DNA of 38,286 nt, taken from IMG/VR virus record IMGVR_UViG_3300030433_001628, positions 1 to 38,286 of that record. One strand, written 5' to 3'. Of this stretch, positions 1-9,400 are shown one piece after another. Source of the stretch: a virus. Its lineage: Duplodnaviria > Caudoviricetes. Each line of letters opens with the position of its first letter. Within the stretch, counting starts at the first letter, position 1. Below the pieces are notes generated by a model. That model ran no database searches and was not told the origin of the DNA. It saw only the letters and a list, made by a program, of their open reading frames with translations. Position numbers and translations under genes: made by a program.

Positions 1-32
1 ATTTAATCAGCTTGCAAAAAGAGGAGCAAAAG

Positions 33-338
33 ATGACAGCAAGAGCTAAGAAGGTAATAAAAAAAGTAGCGAGTAAATTAACTAAAGCTAGTCAGGCTCA
101 TGCAGGACAAGCCAAAGCTCTAAAAGCCATAGAGTTAAGATCAGGTGGTAGACCAAAGAAGAAGAAGAGCAAGTCTAGAGTTAATGAAGCAGGTAACTAT
201 ACAAAACCTGAGATGAGGAAAAGGTTGTTTAATAGGATAAAAGCAGGTTCTAAAGGCGGTAGACCAGGTCAATGGAGCGCTAGAAAGGCTCAGATGTTGG
301 CAGCAGCTTATAAGAAAGCAGGTGGTGGTTATCGCTAA
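33..338 (+). CDS. Small highly basic (Lys/Arg-rich) phage protein
   Basis: ORF track 12..338; ATG at 33 follows GAGGAG SD at 21-26; C-terminal NYTKPEMRKRLF..GGRPGQWSARKAQMLAAAYKKAGGGY resembles recurrent phage hypothetical proteins (from memory). Confidence 0.8.
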   Translation: MTARAKKVIKKVASKLTKASQAHAGQAKALKAIELRSGGRPKKKKSKSRVNEAGNYTKPEMRKRLFNRIKAGSKGGRPGQWSARKAQMLAAAYKKAGGGYR

Positions 339-651
339 AGACCCAAAAATAGGAACAGGAAAGAAACCAAAAGGTTCTGGAAGGAGGCTATACACAGATG
401 AAAACCCCAAAGATACAGTCACTATTAAATTTGCCACTGTGGCAGATGCCCAAGCAACTGCTCGTAAGGTTAAAAGAATTAATAAGCCGTTTGCTAGGAA
501 AATACAAATCCTCACCGTCCTCGAACAAAGAGCCAAAGTTGCAGGAAAAAACAGGCAAGCCCAAATCGCAAAAAGGGCAAAAGAAGAAATCAGAGCCAAG
601 CATAGAGGAAATCAAGGAACAACTAAAACCAAAAAAAAGAGGAAGACCTAG
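322..651 (+). CDS. Small basic phage protein
   Basis: ORF track; GTGKKPKGSGRRLYTDENPKDTV motif; start uncertain (GTG at 322/325); overlaps the stop of the upstream gene. Confidence 0.7.
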   Translation: MVVIAKDPKIGTGKKPKGSGRRLYTDENPKDTVTIKFATVADAQATARKVKRINKPFARKIQILTVLEQRAKVAGKNRQAQIAKRAKEEIRAKHRGNQGTTKTKKKRKT

Positions 652-656
652 AAAAA

Positions 657-899
657 ATGCCTCTAGCTAAAAGTCAGAAAAGTCTTAAAAAGTGGACAAA
701 ACAAAAATGGCGAACCAAGTCAGGTAAGAAGTCATCTAAAACTGGTGAGCGTTACTTACCTACGGCAGCTATAAAGGCTTTGTCTCCACAGGAATATGCA
801 GCTACAACAAGGGCTAAACGCAAAGGCACAAAGCAAGGAAAGCAGTTTGTTAAGCAGCCTAAGAACATAGCTAAGAAAACAAGGAAATATAGAACATGA
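657..899 (+). CDS. Small basic phage protein
   Basis: ORF track; KKWTKQKWRTKSG..GERYLP motif; ATGA overlap with the next gene. Confidence 0.8.
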   Translation: MPLAKSQKSLKKWTKQKWRTKSGKKSSKTGERYLPTAAIKALSPQEYAATTRAKRKGTKQGKQFVKQPKNIAKKTRKYRT

Positions 900-1291
900 T
901 ACAGAGCCTGATTGCACCCGTAACAGGGTTGCTAGATAAGTTTATTGAAGACAAAGACCAAAAGGCAAAGCTCGCCCACGAGATAGCCACCATGAGCCAA
1001 AAACACGCCCAGGAATTGAATCTTGCCCAAATAGAGGTCAACAAAGCAGAAGCACAGTCAGGGTCATTATTTAAAGGAGGTTGGCGACCAGCAGTTGGGT
1101 GGGTCTGTGCGATTGCCTTCCTATACCATTTTCTCCTAAAAGACATAATTATTTTTGTATGTGCGTTTGCAGGTGTGGATGTGCCTGACTTACCAGAGTT
1201 TGACATGAGTACACTGCTTACAGTCCTAGGGGGTATGCTTGGGATTGGTGGACTCCGTACATATGAAAAGCAAAAGGGATTAACAAAATAA
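896..1291 (+). CDS. Holin (3TM holin / GTA-holin-like family)
   Basis: GWRPAVGWVC motif, two hydrophobic segments, C-terminal LGGMLGIGGLRTYEK; lies just upstream of the endolysin. Confidence 0.85.
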   Translation: MIQSLIAPVTGLLDKFIEDKDQKAKLAHEIATMSQKHAQELNLAQIEVNKAEAQSGSLFKGGWRPAVGWVCAIAFLYHFLLKDIIIFVCAFAGVDVPDLPEFDMSTLLTVLGGMLGIGGLRTYEKQKGLTK

Positions 1292-1455
1292 CATCGAATA
1301 AGTGCGATGTTTGTGGGCATGACATGGAGAGCATAGAGGGAAGTATGCGTTGTAAATACTGTCAATACTTCTATGATATGAACAAAGAGTGGATAGATTT
1401 TGTCCACAAGAGATCGACCATAATAAAAAAAGAGGAGGAAGACGATGGAAGATAA
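1288..1455 (+). CDS. Possible small Zn-ribbon protein (not in ORF track)
   Basis: Hand translation: ..NKCDVCGHDMESIEGSMRCKYCQYFYDMNKEWIDFVHKR..*; two CxxC pairs; fills the holin-lysin gap; no canonical start upstream of the first CxxC (ATA at 1288; ATG at 1324). Confidence 0.5.
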   Translation: MTSNKCDVCGHDMESIEGSMRCKYCQYFYDMNKEWIDFVHKRSTIIKKEEEDDGR

Positions 1456-1969
1456 TTATCACGATAGTTTAATAGCATTACTGCACCACGAAGGGGGGTA
1501 TTCAGACCATCCTCGTGATCCAGGCGGTATCACAAATTTGGGAGTTACTAAGAAAGTATACGAAGAATATCTTGGTAGAGAGGTAACAGTTGATGAGATG
1601 AAGAACCTTCAGCCATCAGATGTAAAGCCTTTATACAAGAAACTATACTGGGATCGCTGTAGATGTGATGATCTGCCAAGTGGATTAGACTGGGCTGTGT
1701 TTGATTGGGCAGTAAACTCTGGTACAGGTAGAGCCGCTAAAGCAGTGCAAAAGATATGTGGTGCAGCTCAAGATGGAGCTATAGGACCTAAGACATTAGC
1801 CTTAGTAAACGGTCAGAACACAGAGTACATGATAGAGGAATTGGGTAAGATACGACAAGAGTTCTATGAATCTCTTAAAACATTTGATACATTTGGTAAA
1901 GGTTGGACAAGACGTAATAAGGAAACGACTGAGAAAGCCTTAATAATGGTTGAGGAAGATGACGACTAA
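1445..1969 (+). CDS. Endolysin, glycoside hydrolase family 108 with C-terminal peptidoglycan-binding domain
   Basis: HEGGYSDHPRDPGGITNLGVT signature, FDWAVNSG, DGAIGPKT, FGKGWTRR; GAGGAGG SD upstream. Confidence 0.93.
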   Translation: MEDNYHDSLIALLHHEGGYSDHPRDPGGITNLGVTKKVYEEYLGREVTVDEMKNLQPSDVKPLYKKLYWDRCRCDDLPSGLDWAVFDWAVNSGTGRAAKAVQKICGAAQDGAIGPKTLALVNGQNTEYMIEELGKIRQEFYESLKTFDTFGKGWTRRNKETTEKALIMVEEDDD

Positions 1970-2267
1970 AAGAGACCCAAGACTAGCTAGAGCAGGGGTA
2001 AGTGGATATAACAAGCCTAAACGAACCCCTAATCACCCTAAGAAGTCTCATATAGTTGTTGCCAAAGAGGGCGACAAGATAAAGACTATTAGGTTTGGTC
2101 AGCAGGGCAAGAAAGTCGGAACAGTCAAAGGTACGGCAGGTAAGCCGAAAGCAGGGGAGTCCAGACGTATGAAGATGAAACGTAAGAGTTTCAAGGCAAG
2201 ACACGCTAAGAATATAGCCAGAGGTAAGATGTCAGCAGCATACTGGGCAGATAAAGTTAAATGGTAA
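1959..2267 (+). CDS. Small basic phage protein
   Basis: ORF track 1950..2267; ATG at 1959 with GAGGA SD; KTIRFGQQG..RKSFKARH..SAAYWADKVKW motif. Confidence 0.8.
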   Translation: MTTKRDPRLARAGVSGYNKPKRTPNHPKKSHIVVAKEGDKIKTIRFGQQGKKVGTVKGTAGKPKAGESRRMKMKRKSFKARHAKNIARGKMSAAYWADKVKW

Positions 2268-2340
2268 AAAGAGCCGTTATATTTGTTTTTATGTTTAATT
2301 TGTTTTATTTTGAGCTTTTGGCTTACAAAATTATATGGTA

Positions 2341-2358
2341 AAAGTTATATATAACTTT
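2341..2358. promoter_or_regulatory. AAAGTTA-N4-TAACTTT palindrome upstream of the virion/ejection gene block
   Basis: Perfect palindrome aaaagttatatataactttt (2340-2359), just before ATG 2373; one of about 10 copies. Confidence 0.6.
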
Positions 2359-2372
2359 TTGAAAGGTTACAC

Positions 2373-3665
2373 ATGGCGCTTCCGCTAATATTAGGCTTAC
2401 TTGGATCAACTCTAGGAGCAGGCACGGCTCTAGGTGCGGTTGGCGCAGGAGCTTTAGCATCAGGAGTAGGTAGGTTCTTAGAAACTGGTGATTTTGAAGA
2501 AGGTCTTAAAACAGGAGCTACAAGTTTTTTAGGGGGTAAATTACTAGGTAGTGTTCTTGGTGGCGCAGGTGGTACAGCTCCAGCAGCAGATGCAGCAAGA
2601 AAAGCTGTAAGCACAGCAACTACAAACCCAACGTTTACCCAGCAACTTATGTCCACTGCTTCGGACCCAGTGGCTCTAGGTCAGGCAACACTAGCACAAG
2701 CGACAGTTCCGCCACCACAAATGCCTATGCCAGAGGAGGTAGAGTTTGAGAACAGACAGGCAGGAATACCTGCAAGAACAACTGTAAGACCTCCTGCTGG
2801 ATATAGACCTGGGTTTGATGCAGAGATAGATTATGGTGTGTCGCCTAACTATGGCGTTGGTCTAATGGACTCCAGCAATCCAAGATACATGAGCAATGGG
2901 GGTCTAGCAAACCCAGAAAAGGCTGATTTAGATAATGATGGTAAGCTATCTTCTTACGAGAGAAGAAGAGGAGAAGCGATAGAGAAGTCTATGGAAGAGC
3001 AGGGAAAATATGATGGTGGTGTTTTAAGTTTATTGCAAATGTCTGGAGGTGGAGAGCTTAAAGACATACCAGAGGACAACAAAGGATTAAAAGCTTTAGC
3101 AAAACAAAAGCCAGATGTTGTGAGAAATATGGGGTTTACTCCAATGAGAGAAGGCGGTATGCCTGAGATTATGGAGGACGACACTCTAGCTGAGACTATG
3201 GCTACAGGCATGGCTGAAACAGGAGATATGAGAGAGATAATAATGAATGCTGTGAGAGCTTTGCAAGGGCTATCAAAAAATCCAGAGGAAGACTTACAGG
3301 TATTTATAGAAACCTTTGGTGCAGCAGCATTAACTGATTTAAGAATGAAGGTAGCTTCTGGAGAGGTTGGTGGCAGAGAGGGTGGTCTTAGAGGATTGAT
3401 AGAGGGCAAGGGCGATGGAATGAGTGACGACATAGATGCTAGTTTAGTGTCTGATATGTCAATGCCATCAGATCAAGGTCAGCCTTTAAAAGTAGCAGAC
3501 GGTGAATATGTGGTAGCTGCTGATGTAGTTAGTGGTTTAGGTAATGGCTCTACTGATGCAGGAGCTAGAAAATTAGATGAGTTTATGAAAAGGGTAAGAA
3601 TGGCAAGGACTGATACAACAAAGCAGGCTCCAGAAATTGACCCAGAAAAGATGATGCCAGTATGA
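2373..3665 (+). CDS. Putative internal virion/ejection protein
   Basis: Gly/Ala-rich hydrophobic N-terminus; EF-hand-like loop DLDNDGKLSSYE; several MxxGG motifs; C-terminal GDGMSDDI..DGEYVVAADVVSGLGNGS domain typical of phage virion proteins. Confidence 0.65.
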   Translation: MALPLILGLLGSTLGAGTALGAVGAGALASGVGRFLETGDFEEGLKTGATSFLGGKLLGSVLGGAGGTAPAADAARKAVSTATTNPTFTQQLMSTASDPVALGQATLAQATVPPPQMPMPEEVEFENRQAGIPARTTVRPPAGYRPGFDAEIDYGVSPNYGVGLMDSSNPRYMSNGGLANPEKADLDNDGKLSSYERRRGEAIEKSMEEQGKYDGGVLSLLQMSGGGELKDIPEDNKGLKALAKQKPDVVRNMGFTPMREGGMPEIMEDDTLAETMATGMAETGDMREIIMNAVRALQGLSKNPEEDLQVFIETFGAAALTDLRMKVASGEVGGREGGLRGLIEGKGDGMSDDIDASLVSDMSMPSDQGQPLKVADGEYVVAADVVSGLGNGSTDAGARKLDEFMKRVRMARTDTTKQAPEIDPEKMMPV

Positions 3666-4078
3666 TGTTTAGTGCAGTACCAAAACAGGTTATAGACATA
3701 GTTTGGGATGATGTAGTAAAAGTATTGAAGCCTGCTGTTGATACAGCAAAAGGCAAGCTGGGTATCAAAGATATAAAAGACTATTTATATAATGGTGCTT
3801 ATGAGTTATGGGTTGTTATGGATGGCACTAAGATAGTGGCAGCTATTACAACTAGAATTATTGACTATCCAGAGAGAAGAGCTTTGGCTATGGACTTTAT
3901 TGGTGGAACAAGAATGAAAGAATGGTTGCCAGAAGCACAAAAGACCATCGAGCAGTTTGCATTGGATAATAAATGCAGTCACCTAGAGGGCTATGGTAGA
4001 AAGGCTTGGGGTCGATGGTTAGGAAAGTATGGATGGGAGCCAGATTATATTGCTTATAGGATGGAAATAAATGGGTAA
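3662..4078 (+). CDS. Putative GNAT-fold virion-associated protein
   Basis: 138 aa; LWVV..IVAAITT..FIGG..LEGYGRKAWGRWL pattern like acetyltransferase-fold proteins beside podovirus ejection genes. Confidence 0.55.
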   Translation: MMFSAVPKQVIDIVWDDVVKVLKPAVDTAKGKLGIKDIKDYLYNGAYELWVVMDGTKIVAAITTRIIDYPERRALAMDFIGGTRMKEWLPEAQKTIEQFALDNKCSHLEGYGRKAWGRWLGKYGWEPDYIAYRMEING

Positions 4079-4967
4079 AGGTGGAGGACAACCTACAACA
4101 ACAAAGCAAGAGATTACTCAAACTAATCTACCTTCTTATGTAAGACCTTACTTTGAGAGATTGCTACAGAGAACTGAGGCAGAATCACAAAGAGATTACG
4201 AGCCCTTCCCTGGTCAAAGGCTTGCAGATGTTAGTGGAGACATAACTAGGTCAGAGGACATAGTTAGAGGTATAGCTGACAAAGGTCTTCCTGGGATACA
4301 GAGTGCTATGGACAGGGTCCAGAGAGGCATGGACTTTCAGCCAAGACAGTTCACAGGTGAGGAGAGAGACAAGTATATGTCTCCCTACCTAGAGGGTGTT
4401 CTTGATATACAAAAAGAAAAAGCCAAGCAGGATTATCTTGCTTCTATGCCAACAGGTGCAGCTCAAGCAATATCAGCAGGAGCTTTTGGTGGTTCAAGAG
4501 AGGGTGTGCAGAAAGGTCTGGCTCAAAGTAAGTATTTAGACAGATTAGCTGATATAGAAGCTACAGGAAGACAGCAGGCTTTTGAGCAGGCATCACAGTT
4601 GTTTGAAAGAGATAGAGCTGCTGACATACAAGGAGAAAGATTAGGTCTAGGGGCAGCAGGTCAGTTTGCAGGTCTTGCAGAAAGAGCAAGGGCAGGTGAT
4701 GTGGAGGCAGCTAGACTTCTGGAAAGCATAGGAAAGGCTGGAATGGCTAGAGATCAGGCAGGATTGGATATTGCCCTTGAAGACTTTAGAAGACAGCAAG
4801 CTTTTCCACAGGAAAGATTAGGTATTTTTTCATCAATTTTAAGAGGAATCCCTGTACAGCCAAGCACAACAACGCAAGTTCAGCAACCTTTTGACCCATT
4901 TGGAAGGGCTATAGGTCTTGGTCTTACAGCTCTTGGTGGTTCCCGATATGCGAGTGGTAGAAGATAA
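4071..4967 (+). CDS. Putative DNA ejection/pilot protein
   Basis: MGKGGG start, YMSPY and AGAFGGSR motifs, Gln/Ala-rich helices, hydrophobic C-terminus; gene context. Confidence 0.65.
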   Translation: MGKGGGQPTTTKQEITQTNLPSYVRPYFERLLQRTEAESQRDYEPFPGQRLADVSGDITRSEDIVRGIADKGLPGIQSAMDRVQRGMDFQPRQFTGEERDKYMSPYLEGVLDIQKEKAKQDYLASMPTGAAQAISAGAFGGSREGVQKGLAQSKYLDRLADIEATGRQQAFEQASQLFERDRAADIQGERLGLGAAGQFAGLAERARAGDVEAARLLESIGKAGMARDQAGLDIALEDFRRQQAFPQERLGIFSSILRGIPVQPSTTTQVQQPFDPFGRAIGLGLTALGGSRYASGRR

Positions 4968-6445
4968 TGCTTAATATTCTACAGATAGAAGACAGACTAA
5001 AAGATATGTCTAAAGATGCAGTAATTCAGGCGTTAAATAACCCTAATCCCACCATACCTCCATTCTTAGCTCTTGCTGAACTAAACAGAAGAAAGAGAAT
5101 GGAAGACGAAATGGCTATGAGAAGGGCTGAAAATCAACCTACAGTTGCCGAACAACTTGTGGCGGCAGCAGGGATGCCGATGCAAGAAACATCAGATATG
5201 GCTATGAATATGGCTCCTAAAACAAACATGGCACAAAATACTGGCGCAAATCAGATGATGGCAAGAGAGATGTTAGAAGAAGAGACCCCAGGCATGAGTT
5301 ATGGTGGTTTGCTTATGGGCTCAAGAATGATGAATCAAATGGCAGCTCCAATGGCAAGAGAGGTGACAAGCATGCCTCAACGCATGGATTATGGAAGAAT
5401 GATGCAGAGGGCAGAGCCAATGGGAATGTCTAGGGGTCTTAGTGGTTTTGGTAGCGATATAATGAGTAGAGTTAGTGAAAAAAGCAGGGGTGATGTAGAC
5501 AACTTCTTAGGTGAAGTAGAGGGCATGGCGGAAGATAGGTTTGATATAGACTTAGCTCCACAACAAAGACAGATAGGCATGAGTGGCAAGGGACAGCTAA
5601 TGCGAAGAGCTATGAATGATGGTGGTATAGCAAAGATGAGCAACGGTGGTGAAGCTGAATATATGGGATTTACCCAAAGAATTATAAACCGTCTGTTTGG
5701 CTCTGATGATGATGAAGGAACAGTGGATACTGGACAAAATCAAAGTATGGGGGTCTCTTCCAATGAAATATACCCAGATAGAATACAGAGAATACAAGGC
5801 TTACCAGTGACAGAAACAGCAACACCTGCAAGCACCACAACAAATAAAAACAAAAAAACCACAACAACACCGCCTCCAGGGGGTGATAATGTTTTAGGCT
5901 CTAGCTACATAGCAAAGATGATGAAGAACATAGACAAAGACAGAGCTGAACTAGCTGACCAAAGAAGAAGAGATGAAGCTATAGCTCTTATGACAGCAGG
6001 TCTTAATATATACGACAGAGGTCAATTATCGGCAGGCACTGAGGGGCTAAAGTCCTTGCAAGCTTCCAACAAAGCATACAGAGACCAGATGGCTAAGATG
6101 AGAGGCATGGATGTGCAGCTAGGCGTTGCAGCAGATACATTAGCTCAAAAGAGACAGCAGTCCAAAGATGTATTAAAAGCAGCAGGTTTAAAAGGCACAG
6201 GTCTAACGGCTAATCAAGCAGGAAGTTTAGCCTTAAAATACAAAAATGCTATAAACAAAATGAGACAGGCTCTTGAGGTTGGTTATATTACTGAAGGAAC
6301 AAGTATTGTTCAGCTAACAGACGCAGACAGACAAAAATATAAAGACGACATAGAAAAATTTGAAAAATTAGCAAACTCATTAACAGCTATATTTGAAGGA
6401 AAAGCGATATCACCTTATCAGTTAGACAGTAGCATATTAGAGTGA
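4967..6445 (+). CDS. Putative internal virion (ejection) protein
   Basis: N-terminal PPFLALAELNRRKRM..PTVAEQ; Met/Gly-rich with MxxGG motifs; TAATG coupling to the upstream gene. Confidence 0.6.
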   Translation: MLNILQIEDRLKDMSKDAVIQALNNPNPTIPPFLALAELNRRKRMEDEMAMRRAENQPTVAEQLVAAAGMPMQETSDMAMNMAPKTNMAQNTGANQMMAREMLEEETPGMSYGGLLMGSRMMNQMAAPMAREVTSMPQRMDYGRMMQRAEPMGMSRGLSGFGSDIMSRVSEKSRGDVDNFLGEVEGMAEDRFDIDLAPQQRQIGMSGKGQLMRRAMNDGGIAKMSNGGEAEYMGFTQRIINRLFGSDDDEGTVDTGQNQSMGVSSNEIYPDRIQRIQGLPVTETATPASTTTNKNKKTTTTPPPGGDNVLGSSYIAKMMKNIDKDRAELADQRRRDEAIALMTAGLNIYDRGQLSAGTEGLKSLQASNKAYRDQMAKMRGMDVQLGVAADTLAQKRQQSKDVLKAAGLKGTGLTANQAGSLALKYKNAINKMRQALEVGYITEGTSIVQLTDADRQKYKDDIEKFEKLANSLTAIFEGKAISPYQLDSSILE

Positions 6446-6449
6446 TGTC

Positions 6450-9400
6450 ATGGGTCTCAAGATCATTCAAAGCCCTAAGACTGGAAGATACTACCCAGTA
6501 AGCATAGCAGGCGAAGTTCCCACAGAGGAAGAAAAAGAACGTATAAGAAACTACATCTTTAACCAGGAAAGAGGGTTGCTAGACACTAATCAGGTTGAAG
6601 AGCAGATAGAAACAGTTTCTGATGACATAGAGCCCGCAAGAGGGTTGTTTGGTGCTGTTGGCGTTGGTGTAGACCAGATGCAACAGCTTTACGGATCAGC
6701 ATTACAAGGCATTGGAGAGATGACTGGCATAGATTCACTAGCTGACTATGGTGGTCGTGTAGCCGAAGAGAACGCAAAACAGATAGAACAAAAAAGTGAG
6801 GGTCTAACTTCTTTTGAAGAAGCCAAAACTGGCGTAATACCGTTTGCTAAATTTGCAGGTGAGCAAGTTGCAATGGCAGGTCCACAGATATTAGGAGTGG
6901 CAGCGTTATCAGTTCCTGCTTTCCTAGCTGGTGCGCCCACAACTCTAGCTGCAATACTAGGTTCTATAGGTGTTAGTGCGCCTATGCTCTATGGTGGGAA
7001 TAGAGAGAGACAAAAAGAAAAGCTTGCTGCGGAAGGAAAGCCAGTTGTTGTAGATGAAAGTGCAGCATTGCTTACAACAGTGCCTCAAGTGGCAATGGAA
7101 TCAGCGTTATTTGCTTTAGCAACCAAAATAGGAAAATTAGGTCTTGTATTTAATAAAAGCAAGCTTGATGAGGGCGGTGTGTTTACAAAACTTAAAAGCG
7201 AACCACCAAGCTCTATACCTGCTTTTATAAGGAAATATCCCAAAACATCAGCAATATTAGGTGGAGCATCAGCAGGATTTGCTGTGGAGGGTGTAACGGA
7301 AGCAGGTCAACAGTTTTTAGAAAGATTCCAAGCAGGTCTTGATGTTGCTAGTGAAGATGCCATAGATGAATACATAGAATCGCTGATAGCAGGAGGTATT
7401 GTAGGTGGTACTCTTGGTGGTGGTATAAGCACAGTATCAGAGCTTTCACGATCAAAAGAAAAAGTAGACTCAGCAGCAGAGCTAGAAGAGGATTTAGCGG
7501 AAGAATCTTTGCAAAACAGAGAAGATATACAGAGAGTAAAAGAAAATCAAAACCAAGAGCATTTAAAATTACAGGCAGAGCAGGGTGCTGTAATAACAAC
7601 AGGTCTCAGTAGAAATGATGAGGCTCTAGGCTCTAGTATTCCAGACCCAAACTCAATAACAGTGCCAGAAGAACAGCTATCAGAAGCACAGCTAAACGAA
7701 ATAAGGAGAATGAGAGAGGCAACACAGCCTGGAATCTATTATGACAATGTAAAACAAGATGATGGCAGCACTAGGAAAGTATTGCGTGATGTACCCATAA
7801 CACTATCAGAGATTAGAAATACTCTTGGTGATGTTGAAATGGAGTATATTGCAGCTAATCTAGGCTTTCCTGTAAGCAGACAGGACATACCAAAAGCAGG
7901 TAAAAAGAAGTTTAACAGAACCCAGTATAATAAGGTGCTGAGAGCCATAAACAACGACAGCAGAGATAGGCTATCAGAAACAGAGATAAATGACCTTATA
8001 GAGAAAAGCACAAACATATCTTCTGGTGAGTTTATTATTGCTTTGAGAAACGAACTTGTAAGAAGAAATGTAGTTCGTGGAACCCAACCTCATGTATACG
8101 AGCCCGTCACGGGTAACATGACTCCCATAGATAAGGTAGAGTTTGAGAAAGAGCCAAAGGTAAAAACAGGCAGGCTTGCAAAACAAGCTAACGATCTTGA
8201 AAGAGCTATACAGTTTGACGAGATTAATCTTGAGGAGCGTGACTTAACTGTAAATGAGATAAAGCTAAAGAAAGATATCAAGTCTCTACAGAAGGTAGTC
8301 AAAGACATACGAAAGAAAGACAAATACTTTACTGTAAAGCCATCAGAGCTTGCAGCAAGACCGTACATGGTTGAAGAGATAACAGGGCAAACAACCAAAG
8401 CAACAACCGCAAAGCTACTAAAAGAGGCAAGAGACAAAGAGTTTAGCTTGGTAAGACTTACAAGCGCACCTGTATTTGAGAGAACACCAAGTGGCAGAAT
8501 AAAAACAAACAATATACCCATAATAAACAAGGTTCTGGGTACAAATTTTACTACACCATCTGTGAACGCAAAGCCTGAGACTGTAAAGGCAAAGGTTGCA
8601 GAGATATACAAAAGAATGAATACTGTTTTGGGCAAGCCAAAGAAGATAGATCAAAAGCCCACTGCCCTTAGAAAGAGGATTAGTGACCTACAGGAGGGCA
8701 TAAAAGCCCACAAGAGGTCGATAGAACTAAACAAACAGGCTTTAAAGTCGCTTCAGACAAACGATTTTCTCATAGAAAACACAAAATTTGGCTTAAAAGG
8801 AGCTAGTAACGTTAATGACCCTGTTATTTTGGCAGGTAATCAGCGTATAGCCAGAGAGAAAATAGAGAGACAAGACAGAATTATTAGAGAAAACGCAAGA
8901 GCAATAAAAGGTTTAAGAAAAGTATCAGAGGAAAATTTAGAAACTGGTAAGGACAACACTAAACAGCAAACAGAAATAGCTGAAAGAACACAGCTTATTG
9001 AAGCAGCTAAAGAAGAAAAACAAAAACTACAAGTAGATGTTGAAGCTCTGCAAAAGAGAAGAGACAACGCCACTGCTAGTGTGCAGGAGAACCAAGAGCA
9101 ACAGGACGCTAACGCAGCAAATATCAACAGAGAGGTAGCAAAGACAAAAGAAACCAAGGAGAGATACAAAAAGGCTATGAATCTAATAGAGTCAAGTCTT
9201 AGAAAGTACATGATAAAAGACTTGGGTCTTACACCAGACAAAGTAAATCTGGTTACAGAGAGAGTTATACAAGCTCCTAGAGGCATTGTAAGAGGTAAAA
9301 CAGACCTAACGGATGACGGTAAGGCTGTAATAACTCTGGCAACAGAAATTTATGACCCTGAGTTAGTTACAGACAAGAAGCGTGTTAGAGAAGTCTATCA

